A program made the translations under genes and the position numbers. Of a stretch of DNA of 32,000 nt, positions 8,031 through 15,949 are shown piece by piece (the stretch's first letter is position 1; every line of letters begins with the position of its first letter). Under the pieces are notes generated by a model. The model worked only from the letters and a program-made list of their open reading frames with translations, had not been told where the DNA came from and searched no databases. The DNA is from Candidatus Nanohalobium constans (GTDB lineage Archaea; Nanohalarchaeota; Nanosalinia; Nanosalinales; Nanosalinaceae), in the NCBI RefSeq assembly GCF_009617975.1, contig NZ_CP040089.1, forward strand, positions 240,001 through 272,000, written 5' to 3'.

Positions 8031-8254
8031 TAGTTCAAACCGTGTTTTTCAGCGATTCCCTGCTTAACCTTTTCTCCAATCTCCTGAACATCGTCTTCCG
8101 TCAATTCACTTCCCGAGGCTATAGAATCAGCTAGCTCAAGCTTCTTAATTTCCTCTCTGAAAGCCTCTCTAGCTATCTCACTCCAGTTAATCTGTCTATG
8201 CTCTTCCATCGACTTCTTCAAATCGTCCGGCACTCTGACTGAAACCTTCGACAT
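8030..8254 (-). CDS. vapB: ribbon-helix-helix antitoxin (VapB/CopG-like)
   Basis: MSKVSVRVPDDLKKSMEEHRQINWSEIAREAFREEI is a typical RHH N-terminus. The start was trimmed to the ATG at 8254, which removes the overlap with pyrH. Confidence 0.6.
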   Translation of the reverse strand: MSKVSVRVPDDLKKSMEEHRQINWSEIAREAFREEIKKLELADSIASGSELTEDDVQEIGEKVKQGIAEKHGLN

Positions 8255-8300
8255 AGTATATACATGTATGGACAGAAATTTAAATCTTGGCAAAATACGC

Positions 8301-8936
8301 TTAGCAAGTAATTGCCGTACCTTCAGCGTCTTCAGGGTTTTCCAGGTTGTCAATCGTCCCTTCTATTACTTTTGTTGAGATACCAGATCTCTCTATAATG
8401 TTCAGAGCAGTCTTGTCAATTAGTTCGTAGCTGCCGGCGTCGCTGCTGTTTCCGCTGACAATTTCTCTCAGCTCTGAAATCGAAACTTCATCTAGCTTTT
8501 CCGCATCTTCCTTTTTCGGATCTTCTGTGTAGACTCCATCGATGTCTGTTACAATATACAGTTCTGCACTCAGAAGTTCTGCTGTAATCGCTGCTACCGC
8601 ATCTGTAGAGAAACCAGGATTCAGACCGCCCATAACTAGGTCCTCGCCTGTTTTAGCTACTTCCTTGACTTCTTCTGCTGTTTCTGGGATTTTTGGGTGT
8701 GCTTGCATCTGTGTTCCAAGAGTCTTTGCGTTTAATCTAGTGGCCTGTATTCCTATCAGGTCTTTGTCGCCTTCTGATGCCTCGACGGCGTTAATATTTT
8801 CTTTGAGTTTGCCCGCACCGACTACCACTGATACAGGAGAGTGTTTTTGTAGTGCTTCGGCTATTTCAGGTGTTTTTTCCAGTTTGGAGGTGTAGATTGA
8901 TCCTCCTACTGCGAAAACTTTATCGTAGTTGTTCAT
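8301..8936 (-). CDS. pyrH: UMP kinase (archaeal type, amino-acid-kinase fold)
   Basis: Contains VFAVGGS...VVVGAGK...MGGLNPGFSTDAVAA...YIVTDIDGVYTEDPKK. Confidence 0.85.
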   Translation of the reverse strand: MNNYDKVFAVGGSIYTSKLEKTPEIAEALQKHSPVSVVVGAGKLKENINAVEASEGDKDLIGIQATRLNAKTLGTQMQAHPKIPETAEEVKEVAKTGEDLVMGGLNPGFSTDAVAAITAELLSAELYIVTDIDGVYTEDPKKEDAEKLDEVSISELREIVSGNSSDAGSYELIDKTALNIIERSGISTKVIEGTIDNLENPEDAEGTAITC

Positions 8937-8942
8937 GTGTTT

Positions 8943-9587
8943 TCAGCTTAGTTGTTCTGCGTTTCCTCGGTTTACGAGGATTTCTGCGTTGTCTTCAGGT
9001 ATCTCTGCCTGTTCTCCTTCCTCGAAAGGTCCGTATGCCTCTAGGTCTGTACCCATGAATTCTGGTACTTCGGAGGTGATCTCTACTATTTCGTAGCCTT
9101 CCTCCGGGTCTAAACCGTCTTCTTTCTGTTCTTCTGTTTTCTCTGTTTCAGTTACTTCTTCCATCTGGCTAGGTTCTTCGGTTGTTTCCTCTATCTCTGG
9201 TTCTTCTATTTCTTCTGTAGTATTGCTTCCTCTGTGTTCGTCTGTTACTTCTTGGACTTCGTCTCTGTGCTTGTTGAATTCTTGTTTCATTCTTCTGAAG
9301 AGTTCCTGTTCTCTTGGAAGCATGTTTAATTCAGAGGCTTGTATGTTGGATTTCAGTGATAGGCGTGCGTTTTTGACTATTTTGTCTTCTCTGAGGCTTA
9401 GTATTTTGCGGAATACTCTTTTTGCGTTTTTGTATTCTCTGTTGTCTTCTGAGGCGTCTTTTTTTCGGTCTAGGTAGTCTCCGACTTTGATGAAGAAGTT
9501 GTCGTCGAGTTCTTTGAGTTCTTCGGATCTGCGTTCTTCTTTCTGTATTTTTCTTAGTTCGCTGAAGGTTATCGCGTTTTCACTCAT
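8943..9587 (-). CDS. GINS subunit (Gins51/Gins15-like) with an acidic insert
   Basis: ITFSELRKIQKEERRSEELKELDDNFF...LREDKIVKNARL...MLPREQELF matches the archaeal GINS A-domain pattern. The gene lies immediately downstream of priS, the conserved archaeal arrangement. Confidence 0.7.
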   Translation of the reverse strand: MSENAITFSELRKIQKEERRSEELKELDDNFFIKVGDYLDRKKDASEDNREYKNAKRVFRKILSLREDKIVKNARLSLKSNIQASELNMLPREQELFRRMKQEFNKHRDEVQEVTDEHRGSNTTEEIEEPEIEETTEEPSQMEEVTETEKTEEQKEDGLDPEEGYEIVEITSEVPEFMGTDLEAYGPFEEGEQAEIPEDNAEILVNRGNAEQLS

Positions 9588-9626
9588 CTCTATTTAGACC
9601 TGTCTATCAAATTCTTTTAATCGGTT

Positions 9627-11027
9627 TTATGAGATCTTTTTGACATCTCCTTCGCTGTCACATTTCTGCACATGTTTCTTATAGTAGCTTTCCATCTCGT
9701 ACTCCTTGCCACAGTAAGGACACTCCAAATCTTTCTCTTCATCCTCCGTGTCGCCGCTGCCACTGAATTCTTCATTATCGCTCTTCCGTGCTTCTTTGAA
9801 TGCGTAGCTGACAGGGTTTGGGACATCTTCTTCTTTTCGTGTTCCTTCGTATACCTGCATGTCTTTGTAGTATCCGTTTGAGTCGTAGTTCGGTGGAGGT
9901 ACATCTTCCTCTCTGTTCCTATGCCAGTTCAACTGAGACTTGACATAAGCCTCTCTGAGTGCTTCCTTATTTCGATCATTCCACTCCCAGATCTTCTGCT
10001 CGATCTCACTCCATCCGTAACCTACACAGCGCAGGAAGTTGATGAGGATGAACAAACCTCTCTTCCTGCCATCATCTAGGCCTTCCAGAATATTGTTGAT
10101 TGTTGGCGGGAAGTATTTCTCCGGTACTGCACTATCAGGTCTCTCAAACTCTTTGTCGTCGTCAAAACGCTTTTCCTTTTTCTCCTCTCTTCTCTCTTCG
10201 ATGAAGTCCATGGCTTGAATTGCTAGGTTGGCGGCCTCGTTTTCTTCATACTCTTTGAGGAAGCTGTGCTCGAATTCGATGTTCTCCATTTTTGCCTCTT
10301 CCTTCTCGAATCCTTCAATGTTTTCTGGCTCGATTGGTTTGGATACAAGCCAGGATCCGTCGTGAAGGCTGTAGGGCATTCTGAAGAGGTGGCGTTGACC
10401 CCAGTCATTCTCTAAATCCGCTACTTGGTATGGATCAAGTCCGTTGTCGGTCTGCATATCTTCTTTAAATCCGTATTCTTCTACTTTTTGAGTCAGTTCT
10501 TCTTTCAGGTTTTTTCGGATGTAGTCCACTATCCCACGACCAAGGTTAGGATATAGATCTGTGAAGCTTTCGCCGCCGACTTCCTCTGGAAAGGCTTCAC
10601 CTCTAACTCCGATGTGAAAACCTCTATTACCGGAAAACTTCACGCTAATATTATTTATTCCATGCTGTCTTAGTTCTTCTACTACTAGAAGGGCTGCCTC
10701 TTTGGAAAGTTCAAAGCTTTCATCACAGTCGATATCTATAACCATATCCCAGTTTTCTCGGAGGTCGTCTAGGTTTGAGACATTGTCGATGAGAAGCGGG
10801 TTTCTCCATCTCTCTACAGAACTGTGGAATGCTACTGCACCGTTGTTTACAAAATCTAGGAAGTCGCCGGGAAAGTTTATTGCGTCCGGCCTTTTGCCGT
10901 ATCCGTTTGGGTATGTTGGGGCTACTTCACGGTACTGAGCAGTCTCAACAAATATTTCGACGAGTTCGTCCTGCTCGTAGTACTGTCTGATCTTCCAGTC
11001 CTGTGGTTTTTCCCCGATTTCCCCCAT
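9627..11027 (-). CDS. priS: DNA primase: PriS catalytic domain fused to a PriL-CTD-like helical module and a C-terminal C2HC zinc finger
   Basis: AEP motifs MVIDIDCDE and KFSGNRGFHI are present. Residues ~303-395 read FPPTINNILEGLDDGRKRGLFILINFLRCVGYGWSEIEQKIW, which resembles the PriL PPCM/I...GR..L..FL...G motif. The tail reads ECPYCGKEYEMESYYKKHVQKC. Confidence 0.85.
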   Translation of the reverse strand: MGEIGEKPQDWKIRQYYEQDELVEIFVETAQYREVAPTYPNGYGKRPDAINFPGDFLDFVNNGAVAFHSSVERWRNPLLIDNVSNLDDLRENWDMVIDIDCDESFELSKEAALLVVEELRQHGINNISVKFSGNRGFHIGVRGEAFPEEVGGESFTDLYPNLGRGIVDYIRKNLKEELTQKVEEYGFKEDMQTDNGLDPYQVADLENDWGQRHLFRMPYSLHDGSWLVSKPIEPENIEGFEKEEAKMENIEFEHSFLKEYEENEAANLAIQAMDFIEERREEKKEKRFDDDKEFERPDSAVPEKYFPPTINNILEGLDDGRKRGLFILINFLRCVGYGWSEIEQKIWEWNDRNKEALREAYVKSQLNWHRNREEDVPPPNYDSNGYYKDMQVYEGTRKEEDVPNPVSYAFKEARKSDNEEFSGSGDTEDEEKDLECPYCGKEYEMESYYKKHVQKCDSEGDVKKIS

Positions 11028-11058
11028 AGTTGAATTTGGCTTGGTAACTCCTAAATTG

Positions 11059-11475
11059 TTAGTCCTTCTCCAAGTAATTTCTGATGAAATCTGCTGTGCT
11101 ATTATTGAGATTAATGCTGTTTAGAGCTTCTCTAGGATCAATCCACTTATACTCTACTGCCTCCCTCTGATCCAGTTCGACATCTTCACTCTCAGCCCTA
11201 CAGACAAAGTTCAAGAAGATGAAATGGGTATCTCTTTCAAAATCGTCGGGATTGCCGCCATCTTTTACCTCAAGAAACTCTATATCAGTTACCTCTAGAT
11301 TAGTTTCTTCCCTAATCTCTTTTCTGATAGTCTCTTTCATTGAGTCGCCTTTCTCTACTTTTCCGCCGGGAACAAGCCACTGGTTCTCCCACTTTGGAGA
11401 CTTCATCAAGAAAATCTCATTTCTATCGTTTAGAATAAGTGCTCCTGTTGCCGGAACTGCGTATTCTTCCGTCAT
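11059..11475 (-). CDS. NUDIX hydrolase (paralog 3)
   Basis: Nudix box PGGKVEKGDSMKETIRKEIREETNL. It lies between the primase and PCNA genes. Confidence 0.85.
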   Translation of the reverse strand: MTEEYAVPATGALILNDRNEIFLMKSPKWENQWLVPGGKVEKGDSMKETIRKEIREETNLEVTDIEFLEVKDGGNPDDFERDTHFIFLNFVCRAESEDVELDQREAVEYKWIDPREALNSINLNNSTADFIRNYLEKD

Positions 11476-11546
11476 GGAATATGCTTAGGAGATAAATCTC
11501 AAATTACTTCTGGCTTAGAAATAGGAAAAAGCAATAAAAGAAAAAT

Positions 11547-12302
11547 TTAGTCCTCTTCAATTCTTGGAGCGAGCACAAAGTTCAGGTCTACCTGATCAGG
11601 CTGTGTGAACTCCATCCTCATTGGGAAGTCCTGTCCAAGTTTGACTGTTACTGTGTCTGCTAGTTTTTTGGCTCCGATCATTTTCGAGAGATAGTCCAGG
11701 CTGAACATTGATTTGGCGTCGCTGCCGCTCATTTCGTGGACTCCTTCTGCTCCGGATTCTACTGTGAAGTCTACTCCGGATTGGTCTCCTTCTGCTGAGA
11801 TATTTAGTGAATCTCCATCTGCTGTGATGGTTACTGCATCGCTTACTACCATTGCGTCTTTGATTGCTCCTTCCAGCACTGATGTGTCTAGATCTGTGTT
11901 GAATGTGAACTGGTCTAGGTCTCCGACTGAAGGAATATCGTCTTCTGATAGGTTTAGTATTGGTAGTGAGAAGTCTCTTGTGGAGTTGTTAACCATTTCT
12001 ATTTTGAATTTACTGGTGTCTTCGTCGACTGATAGTGTGATTGTGTCTCCGCTGTTGGCTCTGCGTAGGATGCTGTATAGGTTTTCGATGTTGAGTCCTA
12101 CTTTGGTTTCTTCGTTGATTTCGTATGTTTCGAATACTTCTTCTTTGAGTGTGAAGTCGACTAATCCGACCATCGCAGGGTCAGCTGCTACTAGCTGGAT
12201 TCCGTCCTCTGTCAGCTGGAATAGTCCCTCGCTGATGAGGTCGCTGATGGTTTTCATTGAGTCTTTGAGAAGTCCGACTTCTTCTATTTCTGCTTTGAAC
12301 AT
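11547..12302 (-). CDS. pcn: DNA polymerase sliding clamp PCNA
   Basis: Begins MFKAEIEEVGLLKDSMKTISDLISEGLFQLTEDGIQLVAADPAMVGLVDF and ends LAPRIEED. Length and pattern fit PCNA. The ATG at 12302 is preferred over the GTG at 12311. Confidence 0.9.
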   Translation of the reverse strand: MFKAEIEEVGLLKDSMKTISDLISEGLFQLTEDGIQLVAADPAMVGLVDFTLKEEVFETYEINEETKVGLNIENLYSILRRANSGDTITLSVDEDTSKFKIEMVNNSTRDFSLPILNLSEDDIPSVGDLDQFTFNTDLDTSVLEGAIKDAMVVSDAVTITADGDSLNISAEGDQSGVDFTVESGAEGVHEMSGSDAKSMFSLDYLSKMIGAKKLADTVTVKLGQDFPMRMEFTQPDQVDLNFVLAPRIEED

Positions 12303-12316
12303 TTTGACCACTTATG

Positions 12317-12646
12317 TTACTCGGTAGTGTTAACTACTTTTTTAACTCTGTCGTGGAGTTCTTGATCGATGTCTGAGAAGTCCTGTACGATCTCTCCCTG
12401 AATCTCAAAGCTGTCAGGTGTCGGCAGAACTCGTCCTAGGACTCGGATTCTCTGGCTTTCTTCCAGGTCTTCCATATCTTCTTCCTCTAGGAATACTTCA
12501 ACTGTCCCTGAGCCGTCGTCCAGGCTGACTGAGTCGTCTTCTTTCGAAAGAACTGTCCCGGTTATCCTTACTCTGATATCGCTTTGTGGGTCGATCTCAT
12601 CTATTTTTTTCGGCCTTGCCGGCGCTCTTCTTTGGTCTTCTGGCAT
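12317..12646 (-). CDS. OB-fold nucleic-acid-binding protein (small RPA-like)
   Basis: IRVRITGTVLSKEDDSVSLDDGSGTVEVFLEE...RIRVLGRV is an OB-barrel-like strand pattern. It is adjacent to the replication genes. The family assignment is tentative. Confidence 0.45.
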   Translation of the reverse strand: MPEDQRRAPARPKKIDEIDPQSDIRVRITGTVLSKEDDSVSLDDGSGTVEVFLEEEDMEDLEESQRIRVLGRVLPTPDSFEIQGEIVQDFSDIDQELHDRVKKVVNTTE

Positions 12647-12844
12647 GTAAGAATTATCTGTCTAAAATGTTTTAACTTCCAGTGCACAATCCTTCAGATC
12701 GAGCTTAGGAGGATTGCATAGACTAGTCCTAGAAACAGTGCTAGGGCAGAATCGGTTTTCGCAAGCCATATTCAGTAGTGTTTTTCGAATGTTTTGAATA
12801 TGGTTCTCGAAGGTTTGAAATACAGGTTTTACCAAATAACTTCT

Positions 12845-13390
12845 ATGGATTTTTTGGGTAAGGAAGGTGAGAAGGCGGCAGAAGCTGTGGAGAACTTGTC
12901 GGAGAGAATTGAGGATTTGGAGTCTCACCTGAATGCTCTTGATAATGCGGTTCAGGATACTAAGGAGGAATCTCGTGAAACTGATTTGAAAGTGTCTAGA
13001 GAAAATAGAGAGCGGCTTATACAGCTGGAAGAAATGGTTAAGAAATTGACGGATATCCAGAAGAAAAACTTGGATGATGTTAACTCTGAGAGAAGTAGAC
13101 AGTCTCGTATAGAGGCGAAGATTGATAGAGTTAAGGAACAGATGAATGATGTTGAGGAAGGTCAGGCAGAGCTTAGATCGCGTGTAGAGAAAGTTGAGGA
13201 TAAGCTTTTCAGTATGGAAAGAGAGTTAGGTTCGGAGATAGAGCTTAACCAAAGTAGGATAGACTCTAAGATATCTGAATCTCAATTTGAGAGTGAGAAA
13301 AAGGATTTAAAGACTCAGATTAGCCGTTTAAAGACTTCTCTGAATGCTATCGCTGATGAGCTTGATGATGGAAAGATAAGAGTAGAATAA
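12845..13390 (+). CDS. coiled-coil protein, function unknown
   Basis: Heptad-rich acidic sequence. The ATG at 12845 lies 27 nt downstream of a TTTGAAATA box, so the upstream part of the track ORF is probably untranslated. Confidence 0.5.
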   Translation: MDFLGKEGEKAAEAVENLSERIEDLESHLNALDNAVQDTKEESRETDLKVSRENRERLIQLEEMVKKLTDIQKKNLDDVNSERSRQSRIEAKIDRVKEQMNDVEEGQAELRSRVEKVEDKLFSMERELGSEIELNQSRIDSKISESQFESEKKDLKTQISRLKTSLNAIADELDDGKIRVE

Positions 13391-13394
13391 ATTT

Positions 13395-13727
13395 TTAGTC
13401 GTATTCTTTGTGCACATTTCCACAGTCTGTACATCTGTAGAACCTTGTTGGCGGTTCGTCCGATGCTCGTGTCTGTTCCATCCAGAATTCGTGTTCCATG
13501 TTTCCACATGCAGGACATTCCTTCTCGGTTGTGGGATGTGTGCTTTCTTCTGCATCGCCTTCGTTGACATTCAGGCGGTCCATTGGGTCTTCTTCTTTTT
13601 CTTCTGTTACTTTCATGTCGTCAGCGTCTACATCTTGGTATTCGCCGCAGCTCCGACACTGCATAACTGATTCGCCATTTTTCTTTTCGGAGACAAGCAT
13701 GCCTCCACATTCATCGCAGAACTCCAT
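13395..13727 (-). CDS. tfs: transcription cleavage factor TFS (TFIIS-like)
   Basis: N-terminal zinc ribbon CDECG...CRSCG. C-terminal ribbon CPACG...QTRASDEPPTRFYRCTDCG contains the catalytic acidic DE loop. Confidence 0.85.
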   Translation of the reverse strand: MEFCDECGGMLVSEKKNGESVMQCRSCGEYQDVDADDMKVTEEKEEDPMDRLNVNEGDAEESTHPTTEKECPACGNMEHEFWMEQTRASDEPPTRFYRCTDCGNVHKEYD

Positions 13728-13775
13728 GTTTGCACTAATCTATTAATGAAACTTTAAATAGTAGAAGCCTTTCCG

Positions 13776-14501
13776 CTAAGGTGAACAAGTCCTCATATTG
13801 TCGAGAACCAGAGGTTTATCTCCTTGATATCCAACAAGGTCCATGACGATAAGCTTGACAGCGCCTATACGCGGAATCTTAAACATGGCAGTACCGTGGA
13901 TCTGGAATGGTCGGACATCTGACTCAAAATCCAGTTGTCTGGAGTTCGCATCACCCTTCGTCTCCAAACTGTCCTCACTCTTACTGATAACTCTATGTAC
14001 AATAGGTACTGGCTGTCCGGAAATCCGGTCGATATCCATTCCTCTTACTTCACTGCTTTTCTCCGAAACCTTTACATCCCTACTATCTATCCTCAGTAAT
14101 GCTTGGTCATTACCGTTATTCAGGTCTGGCTTAACCTCCAAAAGACTAACCTCTCCTATAGATGTATTAACCGAGGTATTATGGTCTGGAGAGTTTTCTT
14201 CCAGAGTGTAGCCCTGACCATTCACAGTAAAATCAATCCTGTCCGGCACCTGATAGATCGCTATGTCACCAGTTTCAATATTCTCGTAATCCCTGCCTTC
14301 TACCACTAGTATATCTCCGACATTGTAAACAGGATACATAGAACACGAAATCACCGAAACAACAGGTCTATCAGTATCAAGAGCAGTACCAGTGGTTTGA
14401 ATGGTGCCGAACGCTAAAATCAGTGCCAGAGCAAGGAAATAAAACCATTCAAAGGCTTCATTCTCTCCATCAAAAAGATCACTGAAAATTTCTGTAGCCA
14501 T
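13776..14501 (-). CDS. type I signal peptidase (archaeal/ER Sec11 type) with a large internal insertion
   Basis: An N-terminal TM helix is followed by SCSMYP (Ser box), PIVHRV (His box) and TKGDANS. About 85 aa are inserted between the Ser and His boxes. Confidence 0.75.
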   Translation of the reverse strand: MATEIFSDLFDGENEAFEWFYFLALALILAFGTIQTTGTALDTDRPVVSVISCSMYPVYNVGDILVVEGRDYENIETGDIAIYQVPDRIDFTVNGQGYTLEENSPDHNTSVNTSIGEVSLLEVKPDLNNGNDQALLRIDSRDVKVSEKSSEVRGMDIDRISGQPVPIVHRVISKSEDSLETKGDANSRQLDFESDVRPFQIHGTAMFKIPRIGAVKLIVMDLVGYQGDKPLVLDNMRTCSP

Positions 14502-14583
14502 AAAATTCTGTTGAACACTGATTGTTTAAAGCGATGTTGACTTGGTGAAAAGTGATTTAACTTTTGCTTCGCCTAGTATGTTT

Positions 14584-14757
14584 ATGTCTGAAGTTGAGTT
14601 TGGTGATGATTATGTCCGTATTCCCAAGAAGGAATATGAGGCTATGAAAGCCACTATAGAGACATTGGAGGATGAAGAAGTTATGGAACAACTTAAAGCT
14701 AGTCAGGAAGAGTCTTCCAAGAATCTTGATGATTTAAAGGAAGAAGTCAATCAGTAA
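14584..14757 (+). CDS. Phd/YefM/RelB-like antitoxin
   Basis: YVRIPKKEYEAMKATIETLEDEEVMEQLKASQEE is a typical antitoxin pattern. The ATG at 14584 lies 26 nt downstream of an ATTTAAC box. ATG 14578 and TTG 14542 are alternative starts. Confidence 0.55.
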   Translation: MSEVEFGDDYVRIPKKEYEAMKATIETLEDEEVMEQLKASQEESSKNLDDLKEEVNQ

Positions 14758-15008
14758 TGCTCTTTAGCATCTTCCTTGTGTTTGACAGCTCTTACTTCAA
14801 CGGTTTCATCTTCTATAGTGTACCAAATCCTATATTTTCCGGATCTCAATTGCCACAGACCGTTTAACTGTCCGCGCAAGGGTTTGCCATACTTCTTAGG
14901 GAAGTCTTCTAGTTTCTCCAGTTGAGCGAAAATCTCTGTTTGCTTGTCGCCATCAAGGTTCTTAATCTCCTCCTCAGCAGACTCCTTAACCCCTACACTA
15001 AATCCCAT
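14751..15008 (-). CDS. relE: RelE/ParE-family toxin
   Basis: KPLRGQLNGLWQLRSGKYRIWYTIEDETVEVRAVKHKEDAKEHY matches the RelE/ParE C-terminal signature. Confidence 0.75.
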   Translation of the reverse strand: MGFSVGVKESAEEEIKNLDGDKQTEIFAQLEKLEDFPKKYGKPLRGQLNGLWQLRSGKYRIWYTIEDETVEVRAVKHKEDAKEHY

Positions 15009-15029
15009 GTATAGAAATATCTATTCTAG

Positions 15030-15037
15030 TTTAAAAG
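15030..15037 (-). promoter_or_regulatory. TATA-like box for the relE transcript
   Basis: The minus strand reads CTTTTAAA about 26 nt upstream of the ATG at 15008. Confidence 0.4.
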
Positions 15038-15106
15038 AAAAGTTCCGGTCGAACACAAGATAGATTTAAAAAGAGGTCCGAGGCGTTGAAATAAGAAATA
15101 TTAGGT

Positions 15107-15349
15107 CTAGACTTGGTCTTCTAGGTCGTCCATCCATTCTCGGACGGTTTCGATTGCGTCTTCAAGGACTTGTTCTGGGTTGTCGTCTTTGATGATTAGG
15201 TTGGATTCGTCTCCTAGTGGGTGTCCTTTGTCGTATCCTGCTTCTCCTTCGTTTTCCCAAACTGCCTTCCTGATTAGGTTGGCTAGTGTGTGGTTTTGCT
15301 GCATGTCGACGATCAAGCGTCCTTCCTTTTCAACAGTTTCAAGCTCCAT
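15107..15349 (-). CDS. rpoL: DNA-directed RNA polymerase subunit L (Rpo11)
   Basis: NHTLANLIRKAVWENEGEAGYDKGHPL matches the Rpo11 pattern EDHTLGNLLR...Y...HPL. Confidence 0.8.
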   Translation of the reverse strand: MELETVEKEGRLIVDMQQNHTLANLIRKAVWENEGEAGYDKGHPLGDESNLIIKDDNPEQVLEDAIETVREWMDDLEDQV

Positions 15350-15355
15350 AAATTA

Positions 15356-15949
15356 TCAAGTACTCCTTTTGGTGATTATCAGGTCCACAGGTGTTTCACG
15401 GCTTTCCTCAGTGTGAAAGCCGTAACTTGGCGGCAAACCGATTTCGTATTCCTGTACACCTTCTAGTTTATGGTTTGAACTTCGGACCAAACTTTTTATA
15501 CTGTCACGGGCGCCCCGCGGAGAAATCCCATAAACAGCATCACCAACCTCCAAAGCCTTCTCCCAGAAATCCAACCCAGTATCACTGTGAACAGAAAACG
15601 GAGGATTCATCACAACAGTATCAACAGACTTCCCAAATTCCTCAACATCAGACTGTAGAAAATCAATATTGGCTCCTAAATCCTCTGCGTTTTCTTTAGC
15701 CAGTTCCAGCGCAGAATCGTCTTTTTCAACAGCAACTACTTCTCCATCAATCAATTCAGCACCGATGCCAAGAATACCTGTACCTGTTCCGAGATCTGCG
15801 ACTTTTTTACTTTCGATGTCTCCCTGCATATAAGCTGTGAAGACTAGGTCGGCAGCTAAAGCGGGTGGGGTAATGTACTGTTCCAAACTGATCTTGGGGT
15901 CTTCAAAGTCTCTTACCTTTGAAAGAGCCTGTTTGAGGTCGTTTTTCAT
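15356..15949 (-). CDS. SAM-dependent RNA methyltransferase (METTL5/COG2263-like, NPPF motif)
   Basis: Motif I VADLGTGTGILG, followed by AVEKD, then motif IV VVMNPPF, which is typical of N6-adenine methyltransferases. Confidence 0.8.
   Translation of the reverse strand: MKNDLKQALSKVRDFEDPKISLEQYITPPALAADLVFTAYMQGDIESKKVADLGTGTGILGIGAELIDGEVVAVEKDDSALELAKENAEDLGANIDFLQSDVEEFGKSVDTVVMNPPFSVHSDTGLDFWEKALEVGDAVYGISPRGARDSIKSLVRSSNHKLEGVQEYEIGLPPSYGFHTEESRETPVDLIITKRST

Noticed and set aside
12647-12844. 198-nt spacer with two hairpins (CAATCCT...AGGATTG at ~12687-12716 and GTCCTAG...CTAGGGC at ~12726-12747), plus an 88-aa minus-strand ORF (12662-12928). I considered a possible ncRNA or gene.
   Set aside because: The ORF is basic and Cys-rich and overlaps the coiled-coil gene. 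The region is a divergent promoter spacer with TATA-like boxes for both flanking genes. I cannot match the hairpins to any RNA family by eye, so I leave this as an untested possibility.
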